From the IMG/VR virus record IMGVR_UViG_3300035661_000043, positions 15,756 to 79,755 of that record: 64,000 bases of DNA. One strand, given 5' to 3'. The translations under genes and the position numbers were made by a program. Source of the DNA: a virus. Below are positions 11,442 to 24,288 of the stretch, one piece after another. The number at the start of each line of letters is the position of its first letter. Positions within the stretch are counted from its first letter, which is position 1. A model generated the notes under the pieces. That model saw only the letters and a program-made list of their open reading frames with translations. It ran no database searches and was not told the DNA's origin.

Positions 11442-11876
11442 ATGACATTAGATGATTTGCGGGCTGCTTGGCAGTCTGACTGTGAGATTGACCAAAATGA
11501 TTTAGGGACTGCTTCTGCGAAGAGTCCCAATCTCCATGCCAAATACTTGGATGAATTAATTCAGTACAAACTTCGCATGACTAAACTCCAAAATGAGATC
11601 ATAGAATACAGAGTCAAAAGGACTAAGTATTTTCGTGGTGAAATGACGCGAGAAGAACTAAAAGATGCTGGCTGGGATCAATGGCAATATAAGACATTGA
11701 AGTCCGAAGTAGATGCACTAATTGATGCAGATCCGGATTATCAGAAACTCTCCACTAGAGAACAATACATCAAAACATGTGTGTATTTCCTTGAAAGTGT
11801 TTTACAAGAAATTAGATCTAGATCTTTTACAATTAAGAATATTGTAACTTGGCAACAATGGAGAAGTGGGAATTAA
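11442..11876 (+). CDS. uvsY: Recombination mediator UvsY
   Basis: W..DCEID, PNLHAKYL, RSFTIKN. Confidence 0.9.
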   Translation: MTLDDLRAAWQSDCEIDQNDLGTASAKSPNLHAKYLDELIQYKLRMTKLQNEIIEYRVKRTKYFRGEMTREELKDAGWDQWQYKTLKSEVDALIDADPDYQKLSTREQYIKTCVYFLESVLQEIRSRSFTIKNIVTWQQWRSGN

Positions 11877-11935
11877 TATAGTATATCTATTATTTCAAAG
11901 TCCATAAGAAATACAGATCCGATGAAAGATGTATA

Positions 11936-13483
11936 ATGAATGTAGATGTTGAATTTATCCCAAAGGATGAATAGAATATTCTTATTAGATGTTCTGATTT
12001 TGGTATATACCAAGAAATGTCTGAGTATTTCTCGTTCTTCGTTGAAGGCTACAAGTTTATGCCATCATATCGTAATGGTACATTCGATGGGAAAATTCGG
12101 ATCTTCGATGCTCGATATAAGAAGTTACCAAAAGGACTCTTAAAGATTGCAATAAAATTCTGTAAGGACAGAGATTATACATTCAGCATTGATCCAGAAT
12201 TAAATCCAAAGACTAACTTTAATGAAAAAGAAATTATAGATTGGATAGATTCAATTGATGTTACTACAAAAGGGAAACCAATTGCAGTAAGAGATTACCA
12301 GACACAAGCTATTCTTCAATCTTTGAGATATTATCGTAATCTGCTAATCAGTCCTACTAGTTCCGGAAAGTCATTAATTCTGTATTACAAACTGAGATAT
12401 CACATTGATATACTACATCAGAATGTAGTTGTAATTGTTCCAACAACTCAGTTAGTTGAGCAACTATATTCTGATTTCAAGGATTATAGTGAAACAAATG
12501 GGTGGGATGTTGACGAATATACTCAAATGCTTTACTCCGGGAAAGAGAAGTTATTTACTAAGCAATTAATGATTTCTACTTGGCAATCACTTGCTGCTAT
12601 GTAGAAATTTCATCAAGATAAATTCAAGCATATCTGTGACACAACTGATGTTCTGTGTATGGATGAAGCACATACATATAAATCAGATGTAACTTTAGCA
12701 ACTGCTAATAAGTTTTATAGAGCAAAATGGAGAACTGGTACAACTGGCACACTAGATGACTCGAAAATCAATAAGTTACAGTTAATTGGTCTAATGTCAG
12801 AACCATATCAGGTAATTACCACTCGTGAATTGATGGATCAAAAATCAGTTGTAAATCTTGATATCAAAGTATGCAAAATCCATTACCCCGATGTGCTGAA
12901 ACAGCAATTGATTGGTATGGATTATAAAGCAGAGATTAATTATCTAGTAACATACGAGCCTAGGAATCGATTCATTGCAGATCTTGCCAAGAATACTAAA
13001 GGTGTTACTTTAGTTCTGTATACATATATTGAGAAACACGGTGCAGTATTAGACAAATTCATCCGTGAAATCTGTCCAGGAAGAACAGTGAGATTTATTC
13101 ACGGTGGTGTAGATATTGAAAATAGAGAAGAAGTAAGAAAAGTGGCAGAGACTGATGAAAATTGTATTATCATTGCTTCTTCTGCAATTTTCAGTACAGG
13201 TACTAATATCCCATCAATTGAGAATGTGATTTTTGCAATGCCCACGAAATCAACAATACGTGTGCGGCAATCGATTGGTAGAGGTTTAAGACTAAGAGAA
13301 GGAAAGAATAAATGCACATTGTTTGATGTGGCAGATGATCTCAGTTTCAAGTCGTACACCAACACAACGTTACGTCACATGTTTCATAGAATTGAAATTT
13401 ATGACAAGGAGCAATTTGACTACACAGTCCATAAGATTGATGTCAGTAAATTCATGTCTGACTCATCAATGTACACAGACTAA
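11936..13483 (+). CDS. uvsW: Helicase UvsW (TAG at 11972, 12602)
   Basis: FSFFVEGYKFMP, PTSSGKS, TWQS, DEAH, QSIGRGLR. Confidence 0.95.
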
Positions 13484-13676
13484 AGATAGTTACATTACAA
13501 CCGAGCGGTGGGGGCAACTAAGATTATCCTTTTAATATGATTGTATATTGCCTAGAACTCTTGTAAACCCCTCTTAGCAAAATATTTTTCACACATGCTA
13601 AGAGGGGTTTCTTCATTTTCTTCTGTGTTATAATAGTAAGTGAATGACACAACACATCCTAATTCAGGAGCATACT

Positions 13677-14273
13677 ATGGCGAAATACTACGACGCAACC
13701 CCCATCAAAATCAAACCACCCGTGGATCCAAAGAATCCAGAGCACTACGTCAACAACCAAGACTTCAAAACTGCTCTGTTAGACTATGCGGAGCAAAGAG
13801 ATGCCGCTCTTGCTGCAGGCGAAGAAAAACCCCAAGTGTAGAATTACATCGCTTCATGTTTCCTGAAGATTGCTAAGGGTCTAGGCTCGAAGCACAACTT
13901 CCGGAATTACAGTTATTTGGATGATATGATTAGTGATGCAGTTTTTACATGTCTTAAGAATATCGACTGTTTTGATGCATCTAGAGGAACTAGTGCATTT
14001 GCATATTTCACACAATGTGTCTGGTTTTCCTTTCTTGGCTCTATCAAAGATGAAAAGAAGAAAGAACAGACTAAACGTGATTTGTTCTTCAGAGGGGATT
14101 TTGATACCTTTGATATGGGATCAGAAGATGAAGAATTTCAAATGTAGTATACTGAATACATGAAATCTCTCGGGACAGATTCAACTCCTTATGAATCAAA
14201 AGAACAAAATAAAAGAAAGAAATTTGAAGCAAAGAAATCAGGTCTTGACACACTGTTCGGGGATGAAGAATGA
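13677..14273 (+). CDS. 55: Late sigma factor gp55 (TAG at 13839, 14145)
   Basis: HYVNN, V*NYIASCFLKIA, NFRNYSY, DMISDA, AFAYFTQ. Confidence 0.92.
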
Positions 14274-15319
14274 AAGTGTGCATACTCGGTGATCTTCATC
14301 TAGGTGCACGAAATGGGAGTAATCATTTCTAGGATTACTTTAATAGATTCTTTTCTGAAGTTCTTTACCCATACTGCAAGAAAAATAAGATCAAACATAT
14401 TCTCCAACTTGGAGATTGTATGGATAACAGAACCAATTTAGCATACAAAGCATTTTCAAAATGCCGAGATGTTTGGTTTAATGATATGGGAAATCATGGA
14501 ATATCAATGCATGTTCTTCTTGGCAATCATGATATTGCATATCGGCATACTTTGGAGATTAATAGCCCAGAGTTATTGCTTGGTGAATACAAACATATCA
14601 CTGTTGTGAATAAGCCTACTCAAATCGAATTGGGAGGCACAAAAATTGATATTGTACCTTGGATCTGTGATGAAAATGAAGAACAAATTAAGGAATTTGT
14701 AAAGAGAAAAGATAGAGGATCTATTCTTCTTGGGCATCTTGAATTAGCTGGATTTGCAATGTACAAGGGTATTGAATCTCATGGTGGGATGTCTGGGTCT
14801 ATATTTGATGGGTATAATTTGGTTTTCTCTGGTCATTACCACACGAGAAGTGAAAAGGGTAATATCGTTTACACTGGTATCCCATATGAAATTACTTGGG
14901 CTGACTATGCAGACCCAAAAGGATTTTTTGTCTATGATACTGACAAGAACACCTATGAGTTTGTGAGAAATCCGCTGACTATGTTCGAGAAGATTCACTA
15001 TAATAATGGTAGTAAAGTTGATATATCAAAACTTGCTGGTAAAATTGTGAAGATCATTGTTGGTGAGAAGAAAGATGCAGTTCTTTATGAGAGATGGCTT
15101 GATTCTATTAGATTGGTGTCACCTTACGAATTAACTACTATTGAGAATGATATTGTTTCTTTGGATGGAGAATTAGATGATTCTATTCAGATCGAAGATA
15201 CCCCTACCTTAGTAAAGTCATATATCGACAAGATAGACACATCAGTTTCCAAAGAAGACTTGAATAAGTATATGCAAGCACTTTATTTTGAAGCACTGAC
15301 TACAAACGACACACTGTAA
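14270..15319 (+). CDS. 47: Recombination nuclease gp47, Mre11-like (TAG at 14330)
   Basis: GDLHLG, LGD, GNHD, GHLEL, SGHYH. Confidence 0.95.
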
Positions 15320-15324
15320 ACTAT

Positions 15325-17031
15325 ATGATTATCTTCGAAAGTATAAGAATCAAGAACTTCCTCAGTTACGGCAATGCATGGACTGAATTAAATCTCAGAC
15401 AGGGAAAAGTACTAGTTGCAGGTGCCAATGGGGCAGGAAAATCTACTATGGTAACTGATGCTCTGTAGTATGCACTATTCGGTAAGCCATTTCGTAAGAT
15501 CAATATCCCACAATTGATCAACTCTATCAACCAGAAGGATTGCCAGGTAGAACTAGATTTCTAGATTGGCAAGGATTCTTACCAAATTAAGAGAGGGATG
15601 AAACCGGGGAAGTTCGAAGTATACAAAAATTCAGAATTGATAAAACAGGAAGCAGCAACAAAGGATTATCAATAGTATCTTGAGCAGCAAGTGCTGAAGA
15701 TAAATCATAAGACGTTTGTACAGATTCTTGTTCTTGGTTCTGCTGTTTTTACTCCTTTTATGCAATTAGCAGCCGGTCATAGAAGAAATGTGATTGAAGA
15801 TCTTCTAGATATCAATGTTTTCAGCACTATGCTTAGATTGCTTAAGGAAAAGATTCAAGTCAATAAAGAAGAAACTCTAATCATCAATGGTAAACTAGAA
15901 TCAGCTAAGAAGGAATAGATTGCACAGAAAAGACTCATTGAAACATTGAGTTCTAAGAGTGATGATCAATTGGTAATTCTGTATTCTGAACTCACATAGT
16001 TACAGAACGATATAGTATCGGCAAAATAGAAGAGAAATGATGTACACAAATTACTTGAATCTATCCAGATTCCTGACTTTATGTCAGAAGAATTAGAAGA
16101 TATAAGAGTTGAATTCAATACACTGAAAAAGTAGATTCAATCAGATATCAAGAAGATAGATTCAGTCTCCGCTATTCATTCATGCCCAACATGTTTACAG
16201 TCTGTAACTGATGATCACAAAGTAAGAATCAAGACTGAACTAAAATATAAGTATGATCAACAGAAACCGAAGCTAGATCAGTATTCTAAAAAAGTTGAAG
16301 AACTGACTACACAGAAAGAATTGTTTGATACAGCAAAGATCGAACAGCAGAAAATGTTGAAAGAACTTGCTGCGATAGACCAGAAAATAATTTCCCTTGA
16401 AGAACAAGAATCTTCCACACGAGTGAAGATCGAGACACAGAAACAAAGTTCTTCTGCAGACTTGGAAAAAGAAAAAGATCGACTCAGAGATTTAGCACAA
16501 TCTGCTCTTATGTTGATTGAACGCAAGAACGAATTGATCACAGAGAAATAGATTCAAGAAGTCTCTCTAGGTCTTCTGAAGGACACAGGTATTAAGGCTA
16601 GTATCATCAAAGAATACCTGCCGATTCTCAATAAGATGATCAACAAGTATCTATCTGAGTTCGACTTTTTCATTAATTTTGTATTGGATGAAAATTTCAA
16701 TGAACAGCTGTTGAGCAGAGGAAGAGATTCGGCTTAGTACTTCTCTCTATCAGAGGGTGAAAAGAAGCGAGTAGATGTTGCAATTCTTCTCGCATTCAGG
16801 CATATTGCTTCTCTAAAGAATTCTGCAAAGATCAATTTGCTTGTTCTTGATGAACTTGATTCTGGGTTGGATCACGACTCTCGTTTGAAGTTGCTAGAAT
16901 TGATCCAGACTATGGATTCCGATGTCTGGATGGTCTCCCACTCTATACAGAACACTGAACTTGAACAGCAGTTCGATAAGGTGACTTTTGTAATGAAGAA
17001 GGGAGATTTTTCAGAAATGATCATCAAGTGA
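15325..17031 (+). CDS. 46: Recombination ATPase gp46, Rad50-like (9 in-frame TAG)
   Basis: KNFLSYGN, GANGAGKST, LFGKPFR, CPTC hook, SEGEK, LDE; one frame to TGA 17029. Confidence 0.95.
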
Positions 17032-17127
17032 ATCTACATGTGCTAAAATTTTGAATTTCTCCATGAGAAATATGTTATAATGATTTTACTGGCAATAATG
17101 CCATTTTTACTATAAGGTGACTACTTT

Positions 17128-17790
17128 ATGAACTTATCAAAACAAACACTGTCCATTCTTAAGAATTTTGCGGGTATCAACGGTAACATTGCACTGAAGA
17201 AGGGATCCGTTCTTACCACTATCTCCCCACAGCGCAATGTTGTAGCATCTGTGACTGTGACGGAGGACTTTCCAGAAGACTTCTATATCTATGATTTAAG
17301 TCAATTCCTGGGTGTTCTATCACTGTTTTCTGATCCAGATATCGACTTCAGCTCAACCGTTGCAACGATCAAGGAAGGAAAAAATAGTATCAAGTACTAT
17401 GCAGCAGACAAATCTGTTCTACTGCTCCCACCAGACAAGGCTATCAAGTTCCCCGGAGCTGATGTCGAGTTTGAATTTACTGCAGAACAGTTAACCGCTA
17501 TTCAGAAGACTTCCAGTGTACTTTCTGCTCCAGATCTGAGTATCGTTGGTGATGGAAAAACCTTGACAATGAAAGTCTTAGATCTTAAGAATAATAGTAC
17601 AAATAACTATGAAGTTGAGATCGGTGACACCACAGAAGAGTTTGTTGCTAACATCACAATTAGTAACCTGAAAATGATTAATCAGTCCTATAAAGTTGAG
17701 CTGTCATCAAAGAAAATTTCTAAATGGACTGCTCTGGATGGTGATATGACGGTGTATGTAGCTCTGGATTCTACTTCCACATTCTCGTGA
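17128..17790 (+). CDS. 45: Sliding clamp gp45
   Basis: LSKQTLSILKNFAGIN, IYDLSQFL. Confidence 0.95.
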   Translation: MNLSKQTLSILKNFAGINGNIALKKGSVLTTISPQRNVVASVTVTEDFPEDFYIYDLSQFLGVLSLFSDPDIDFSSTVATIKEGKNSIKYYAADKSVLLLPPDKAIKFPGADVEFEFTAEQLTAIQKTSSVLSAPDLSIVGDGKTLTMKVLDLKNNSTNNYEVEIGDTTEEFVANITISNLKMINQSYKVELSSKKISKWTALDGDMTVYVALDSTSTFS

Positions 17791-17912
17791 TATAATGGGG
17801 CTTTGTCCCCCTTCCAAGAGTTAGATTTTACTAAATTGGTAACATCAAAAGATATGAGTGGAATAGCACTAGACAGTAAATTGAACCATCTGAATAATCT
17901 GAAAGATATATT

Positions 17913-18854
17913 ATGAGCAGTATTGAAAATTTTGTGTGGAGTGAAAAATATCGACCTTAGACTGTGGCAGAATGCATACTCCCACAGTCAATCAAAAATG
18001 TGATTGTAAGCATGATCAAGAATGAAGATGTGACACATATTCTTATGTCTGGATCTGCTGGTTGTGGGAAAACAACATTAGCTAGAGCCATAGTAAATGA
18101 CTATGGTGGTGAATATCTGTTCATTAATGCATCTTTGGAGAATGGTATCGACACTATCCGAACTAAGGTTATGCAGTATTCCAGTACTGTTTCTTTGGAA
18201 GGAAAACAGAAATTTCTCATCATGGATGAATTTGATGGAATTTCTCGACAGAGTCAAGAGGCTCTTCGTGGTATCATTGAAGAGTTTAAGAATGTAAGAT
18301 TCTTCTTTACTTGCAATTTTAAAAATCGTATTATCGATGCTATCATCTCTCGTACAGTTGAGATCAATTTTACTATCCCAAGTGATGAAAAATCAAAACT
18401 TCAGTCTCAGTTCTTCAAACGTATAGTTGAGATTCTGAAAAAAGAAAATGTAGAGTTTGACCCAAAAGCAGTTGCAGAACTCATCCAAAAAAGTTATCCA
18501 GACAATCGTAAGATTCTGAATGAACTACAACGATATGCGTCAGGTGGTAAAATTGATGCAGGTGTTTTGATAGATCAAAGTAAATCTCACTTCAAAGATC
18601 TACTCAAAACCCTGAAAGAAAAGAACTTTACGGAGATGCGCAAGTGGGTCGCAAAAAATACCGATATTGAACCACAATCACTATTTCGGGAGATTTATGA
18701 TTCTGCTAATGAGCAATTGCTACCTTCTTGTATACCTCAAGTAGTAATTCTTGCTGCAGATTATGGGTTCAAGTCTACACATTCAGTTGATCAAGAAATT
18801 CTTATTGCTGCATTTCTCACTGAATTTATGGCAGGTGCTCAATGGAAGCAGTAA
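17913..18854 (+). CDS. 44: Clamp loader large subunit gp44 (TAG at 17958)
   Basis: EKYRP*TVAECILP, GSAGCGKTT, DEFD, SR motif. Confidence 0.95.
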
Positions 18855-19174
18855 ACACTCTAACGGATTTGACACTGTTTGTTTTTTTACTACTGGCTGT
18901 AGTAATAGGATGGACTACAGGTTATTACAAAGGGCTCATCACCGGCTATAATTATGCTAAATCGGAAGAGATAGATAAGTACCCAGTTGCCAATGTGTAT
19001 TTTTATGACACAGACAAAGAGGATGCAGACAAAGAGGATGAATATTCATTTGTGAATATGGTGACTGGTGAGTTTATCACCTCCGGCTCATTTAATGAGT
19101 GTATTGAGAAATTAAAATCTAAAGATACATCTAAGCTTGTTGTTTTTTCTAAAGGAGAAAAAGATGAGCAGTAA
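18842..19174 (+). CDS. Hypothetical membrane-anchored protein
   Basis: Hydrophobic N-terminus; coupled to neighbouring genes. Confidence 0.6.
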   Translation: MEAVNTLTDLTLFVFLLLAVVIGWTTGYYKGLITGYNYAKSEEIDKYPVANVYFYDTDKEDADKEDEYSFVNMVTGEFITSGSFNECIEKLKSKDTSKLVVFSKGEKDEQ

Positions 19175-19556
19175 TCCTTTTGATTGGCTGAATAATATCA
19201 ATGGGTCTACTGAATCTATTTGGGATGAATCTACCTCTGAAAAAGATTATAATTCTTTCATGATAAACCGGGGTTTATCACAATTTCGTGACACAGTTCT
19301 ATTTTCTCAGATGATGAATGAGAAGTCACAGTATCTTTCAAATAAGATGCAATATGACTTTTACAGATTGGGAATCACTCATAAGAAAAAACGATTCGCC
19401 AAGTGGCATAAACCAGAAAAACTTCAAGAAATTGAAATGTTATCCAAGCACTTTGGTATCTGTATTAGAGTTATGGAAAACTATGTTTCTCTTCTGTCAG
19501 ATGAAACTAAGAAAGAATTATTGGCTTCACTGGCTAGGGGTGGTAGGAATAAGTAA
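19164..19556 (+). CDS. 62: Clamp loader small subunit gp62
   Basis: PFDWLN, FMINRGLS, MQYDFY, KKRFAKW. Confidence 0.9.
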   Translation: MSSNPFDWLNNINGSTESIWDESTSEKDYNSFMINRGLSQFRDTVLFSQMMNEKSQYLSNKMQYDFYRLGITHKKKRFAKWHKPEKLQEIEMLSKHFGICIRVMENYVSLLSDETKKELLASLARGGRNK

Positions 19557-19599
19557 AAGATTTACACTTATCCTATTGCGCATATCCGCTTTGGGATTT

Positions 19600-19850
19600 G
19601 AAAATCTGATTCATATTTGGCGGCTTCTGATTTCCACATTAAATTCTGTGTACTAAATAATACGGAAAGATTCTAATCCAGTATGCTTGATTAATTCTTT
19701 TACATACTTAGATGATGTTTTATATCATCTTGTGTTAACAATTTTGAATGATGACAGCCTGATTTTGTTTCAGATCCGCGATATAAAAGACCAGAAGATG
19801 TGTGTTCTATGATATAAAAGTATGGTTTCGATTTTTTACGCTGGACATAA
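19600..19850 (-). pseudogene. Frameshifted GIY-YIG homing endonuclease remnant
   Basis: Minus-strand fragments KPYFYIIEHTSSGLLYRGS..GCH and SSKYVKELIK..GLESF in different frames. Confidence 0.6.
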
Positions 19851-20015
19851 CATTTCCTTAAAGATTTGTAGCATAAATATGTTTAGAGGTACTGGGAACA
19901 GGAATTCCGCAAGTATAACCTATTCATAGTTTTCGACAAATAGAAAACAATGTTTCATTGATGAGTGAAACTGATTATGCAACTTTAATAGGATCCCTGG
20001 ATAGGGGTGAGCAAC

Positions 20016-20456
20016 ATGGAACTAAAAAATGATTACACTGTCTGGGACTTCAAATGGTAGCCAGATATTATGCTAGAGATCAGTTTAATCGACCCTGATT
20101 CTTTTCTCAAAATCAAAGAAACATTGACTCGTATTGGTATTTCTTCGAAGAAAGATCAAACTTTGTATCAGACGTGCCATATCTTACATAAGAAGGGCAA
20201 GTATTATATTGTTAGTTTCTTGGAGCTATTTGCACTTGATGGGAAGGATACAACTCTGGGTTACGAAGATGTAGCTCGTAGAAATACTATCGCTTCTTTG
20301 ATTGAACAGTGGGGAATGTGTTCTGTCATAAAGACATCCATGTATGAGAATGCAAGAGTTCCTGTTTCTTCTATTAAAATTATTTCTCACAGTGAAAAGA
20401 AAAATTGGAATTTGATACCAAAGTATAATCTTGGTAAATTTAAGACCAAATCATAA
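20016..20456 (+). CDS. regA: Translational repressor RegA (TAG at 20058)
   Basis: FLKIKETLTRIG, LYQTCHILHKKG, ELFALDG. Confidence 0.95.
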
Positions 20457-20547
20457 AGAATTCAAAAGAATTTGAGGGTAGTTCCCTCAAATAGGAAGAT
20501 GCCTATTGGGTCTTCCTCTAACCTTGTCTAATTGAAAGGAAAATAAA

Positions 20548-21009
20548 ATGGACTTATTTGATCAACTAACTCGTGGCTACATTGGTGCTGACAGATTTTT
20601 TAATCTGCAAGCTCAACTAGCTGCAAATGCCAAGAAATTTGGAACGTTCCCGTTCTATAATATTAAAAAGACCGAAGAAAATAAGTATACAGTAGAATTG
20701 GCTCTTGCAGGTTATAGTATTTCTGATCTAGAGATTACTCTAGAAAAGAATGTTCTGACTATCTCCAGTAGCGGAAAGGATGAAAATTCTACAAACTATA
20801 TTTTCAAAGGTTTTGCTTCCAGAAAATTCACTCGTCAATTCACACTGATGGACAATATTAAGGTGGCAGGAGCGGATTTGGTAAACGGTATTCTCTCTAT
20901 CTGGTTAGAGGAATATGTGAAAGAAGAAGATAAACCAAAGAAAATTAATATCGGCCCTCCTTCTGAAGAACTACATCCACAATTGTTAAACGAATCCTCA
21001 AACTTCTGA
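20548..21009 (+). CDS. Small heat-shock protein (Hsp20/IbpA family)
   Basis: FPFYNI, ELALAG, FTRQFTL, NGILSI. Confidence 0.92.
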   Translation: MDLFDQLTRGYIGADRFFNLQAQLAANAKKFGTFPFYNIKKTEENKYTVELALAGYSISDLEITLEKNVLTISSSGKDENSTNYIFKGFASRKFTRQFTLMDNIKVAGADLVNGILSIWLEEYVKEEDKPKKINIGPPSEELHPQLLNESSNF

Positions 21010-21059
21010 TGCTTTGAACTAAATAGGTCCATGGTTAACTCTATGGACCTTTAAAGTTT

Positions 21060-21269
21060 ATGCCAGCAAAAATTGAGCGAATAGCAGTATTTGGATCTAA
21101 GAAGATTGATGACTGGATATTCCGAGTTTAGATCTAGAACTCGGAGAATATTATGATTATGTGCTATGATAGTAATGATCCTGTGAATTTCATAATACGT
21201 TTCTTCTTAGATGAAGAACAAGCTAATGCTTTTGTTCATGAAGCTGCTATGGGGAAACACTAGCCGTAA
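21060..21269 (+). CDS. Hypothetical protein (69 aa, 3 TAG)
   Basis: ATG..TAA frame filling an intergenic gap when TAG is sense. Confidence 0.55.
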
Positions 21270-21327
21270 CATTCACTATAAGATTATGATATAATGAACT
21301 TTGTTATTATGAAAGAGGTGATCAAAA

Positions 21328-21912
21328 ATGTATTTGTATGACTTAGAGACACTTGGTGTAAATGAAACAGCTGTAGTACTTTCTATAGGTTGCATTTATA
21401 TCAGTTCACCAGAACCGTGTTCATATCATGATTTGATGAAGAATTCTTTCTTCGTGAAATTGGATGCTAAACATCAAATCCAAAAACTGGGTCGACAAGT
21501 TACTTCCTCTACCGTAGATTGGTGGGCAAAACAAAGCACCGCTGCTAAGCATACATCATATATCCCAAGTAAGAATGATGTGACACCTGACGTGGCGCTT
21601 CAGCAACTACGGAAGTTTGTCTATGACAACACCGGGCAATCTCGAGTCAAGTGCTATACTCGTGGATCCATGGATGTTATTGTTTCAGAGCATTTGGCTA
21701 AGCAAGTCGACATGAAACTTCCTTGGGTGTATAATAACTTCAGAGATATTCGTACTGCTATCGATATTCTATACACACTCAGTAAAGATGGGTATGTGGC
21801 AGTAGACCAGACAAAATGCTTTGGTTACACAGATGACATGACTATTGCGCACAACCCAGTGCACGACTGTGCTCGCGATGCTGCAATGCTACTTTTTGGA
21901 AAGACTGAATGA
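21328..21912 (+). CDS. DexA-like 3'-5' exonuclease
   Basis: DLETLG, TVDWW, RDIRT, HNPVHDCARD. Confidence 0.85.
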   Translation: MYLYDLETLGVNETAVVLSIGCIYISSPEPCSYHDLMKNSFFVKLDAKHQIQKLGRQVTSSTVDWWAKQSTAAKHTSYIPSKNDVTPDVALQQLRKFVYDNTGQSRVKCYTRGSMDVIVSEHLAKQVDMKLPWVYNNFRDIRTAIDILYTLSKDGYVAVDQTKCFGYTDDMTIAHNPVHDCARDAAMLLFGKTE

Positions 21913-23414
21913 CAAGATTTTATACAAACGTAGTAAGACTCGGGAACAATATCTGTGTCCGAGAGCAAACAGAAACTGGACCTAGCAAGTTTAAAACTCG
22001 TTACCAGCCAACATTATTTCTAAAGACCGACAAGGAGTCAAAGTTTAAGACTCTGTACGGAGATTTTGCTAAACCCGTGCAACAAGACTCGATGTCAGAA
22101 GCACGAGAGTTCATCAAGAAATATGAAGGTGTACGTGGGGTAGAATTGTTCGGTCAGCATAACTGGGTTCTTCAGTACATTAATGAGACATATTCTGGAT
22201 CAGTTAACTTTGACCCAAAACTGATTTCTGCTTGGTCTTTAGATATAGAAACGCTATTGTTTGAAGATGCAGAAGGAAAGATTACTGGCTTCCCGAATGC
22301 AGAGACAGGTGATTGTGAAATCACTCTTATCACAATTCAATGTCTGCAGAGCAAACAGTGCTTCACATTTGGCTCACGCGAGTATAAAGGTGAAAAAGTT
22401 CTTGATAGCAGGTACATGAACTGTGGATCTGAAAGGGAAATGCTTAAGCAGTTCATACAATTTTGGCAACTCAAATCAGTAGAAGTGATCACTGGATGGA
22501 ACATCGAGCGGTTTGATATTCCGTACATTGTGAATCGTGTAAAAGTAGTTCTCGGAGAAGAATGGGCCAAGAAGTTATCACCGTGGGAATCAGTTGAAGT
22601 TATTAAGAAACGTGTCTCCGGTGGGTTTGGTGGAGATGAAGAAATCATCTGTAATATTGCTGGTGTGTCTATTCTAGACTATATGGCTCTGTACAAGAAA
22701 TTTGTGTTTGTAAAACATGAATCTTACTCGTTAGGGCATATTGCACAGGAAGAACTTGGTGAGACCAAATTGGACCACTCGGAGTATAAGAACTTCAATG
22801 AGTTCTACTGGAAGGGGTTTGATGCAAAGTATGTTGACTATAACATCCGAGATACGCAACTTGTTGCTCGTCTTGAAGATAAATTGAAACTTATTGAGTT
22901 AGTCTATACTCTGGCATATTTGGCAAAAATCAACTTTACAGATGTTTTCAGTCCTGTAAAGATGTGGGATTCTATTCTCCACAACAGGCTGTTTGGTGAA
23001 AATACGGTTGTGCCACTGAAGGAACACAATCCTGATGGTGACAAGCACATCGAAGGTGCTTATGTAAAGGACCCATCAGTTGGTATGCATGAATGGGTTA
23101 TCTCATTAGATGCTACAAGCTTGTATCCATCCATCATGATGACACTGAATATCAGCCCAGAAACATATCGAGGTATTGACAAAGAATACAATGTTGATTC
23201 TTTGTTGGCTGGGAAAATGAAGTTGGATCCACCTCAAAATCAAGCATGGGGACCGAATGGTTCCAAGTTTGAAATTACTACACGCGGTGTTATCCCAAAG
23301 ATTGTAGAAGAAATGATGGCAGATAGGAAATCTTCTAAAAAGAAAATGCTTAATAGGACTCAGGATCTGGAACACATCAAGACAGAAATCACCAGGCGTG
23401 GATTGAAAGTGTAA
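21909..23414 (+). CDS. 43: DNA polymerase gp43, part A (exonuclease, motif A)
   Basis: DIET, GWN..FDIPY, YNIRD, DATSLYPS; ends at the fingers tip with TAA. Confidence 0.95.
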   Translation: MTRFYTNVVRLGNNICVREQTETGPSKFKTRYQPTLFLKTDKESKFKTLYGDFAKPVQQDSMSEAREFIKKYEGVRGVELFGQHNWVLQYINETYSGSVNFDPKLISAWSLDIETLLFEDAEGKITGFPNAETGDCEITLITIQCLQSKQCFTFGSREYKGEKVLDSRYMNCGSEREMLKQFIQFWQLKSVEVITGWNIERFDIPYIVNRVKVVLGEEWAKKLSPWESVEVIKKRVSGGFGGDEEIICNIAGVSILDYMALYKKFVFVKHESYSLGHIAQEELGETKLDHSEYKNFNEFYWKGFDAKYVDYNIRDTQLVARLEDKLKLIELVYTLAYLAKINFTDVFSPVKMWDSILHNRLFGENTVVPLKEHNPDGDKHIEGAYVKDPSVGMHEWVISLDATSLYPSIMMTLNISPETYRGIDKEYNVDSLLAGKMKLDPPQNQAWGPNGSKFEITTRGVIPKIVEEMMADRKSSKKKMLNRTQDLEHIKTEITRRGLKV

Positions 23415-23584
23415 GATCAAAAAGTTTCCGACTATTGATTTAGCTGGGACTTTTGTATATTACCAAATACACGTTCACTTTTCTTCATTCCCACAAACGG
23501 GAAGTAATTTTTCTTCGATATCAACAATTTTCAACCTTTACTATATCACCATATAGTATATTTTATTAGAACAGGACCTCATAT

Positions 23585-24229
23585 ATGGATCTTTCTAAAC
23601 TTTCCGATTCCGAATTGTTAAAACTCTACAATAAAGCAGAAGAGGAAATCTCCGCTCTTGATAACTTACAAATGGCACTCAAGATCTCTTTAAATTCACT
23701 TTACGGTGGAATTGGAAATCAAGGGTTCCGTTTCTTCAACTCTAATGTTGCAGAGACAATTACATTGACCGGTCAGTATGTTCTTCGGTCTATTGAGCAA
23801 AGCATCGATGATAAACTGAATAAAGTATTCAAGACAGAGGGTCACAAGTACCTGATCTATATCGACACTGATTCTGTCGTCGGAGATACAAAAATTTTAG
23901 TTAACGGCACTGAAACAACAATTGCAGATTATTATGATTCTAAGACGGAGTTCATCAAAAGAGATGAATTTAATAAAGACTATGTTAAAAAATGTGATTC
24001 AGATTACACACCTACTGTGAATCCAAATACACAGGTAATGGAAAATAAATCTGTTTCATATGTTATGAAACATAGAGTAAAAAAGAGAATGTATAAAATT
24101 ACTGTTGGTGGAAAAGAAGTAATTTGTACGAATGATCACTCAATTATTGTACGCAGGAATAGTCTCATTCTTTCCGTTATTCCCTCAGACATTCTGAAGA
24201 CTGATGAGTTAATACATATTAAGCACTGA
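23585..24229 (+). CDS. 43: DNA polymerase gp43, part B fused to split-intein N half (23873-24226)
   Basis: KISLNSLYG (motif B), YIDTD then SVVGDT..TNDHS; ends TGA. Confidence 0.92.
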   Translation: MDLSKLSDSELLKLYNKAEEEISALDNLQMALKISLNSLYGGIGNQGFRFFNSNVAETITLTGQYVLRSIEQSIDDKLNKVFKTEGHKYLIYIDTDSVVGDTKILVNGTETTIADYYDSKTEFIKRDEFNKDYVKKCDSDYTPTVNPNTQVMENKSVSYVMKHRVKKRMYKITVGGKEVICTNDHSIIVRRNSLILSVIPSDILKTDELIHIKH

Positions 24230-24288
24230 ATTTGTATGAACTAATACATGACTAAAGATCGTGATTTAATTATAGAAAGATTAAAAAA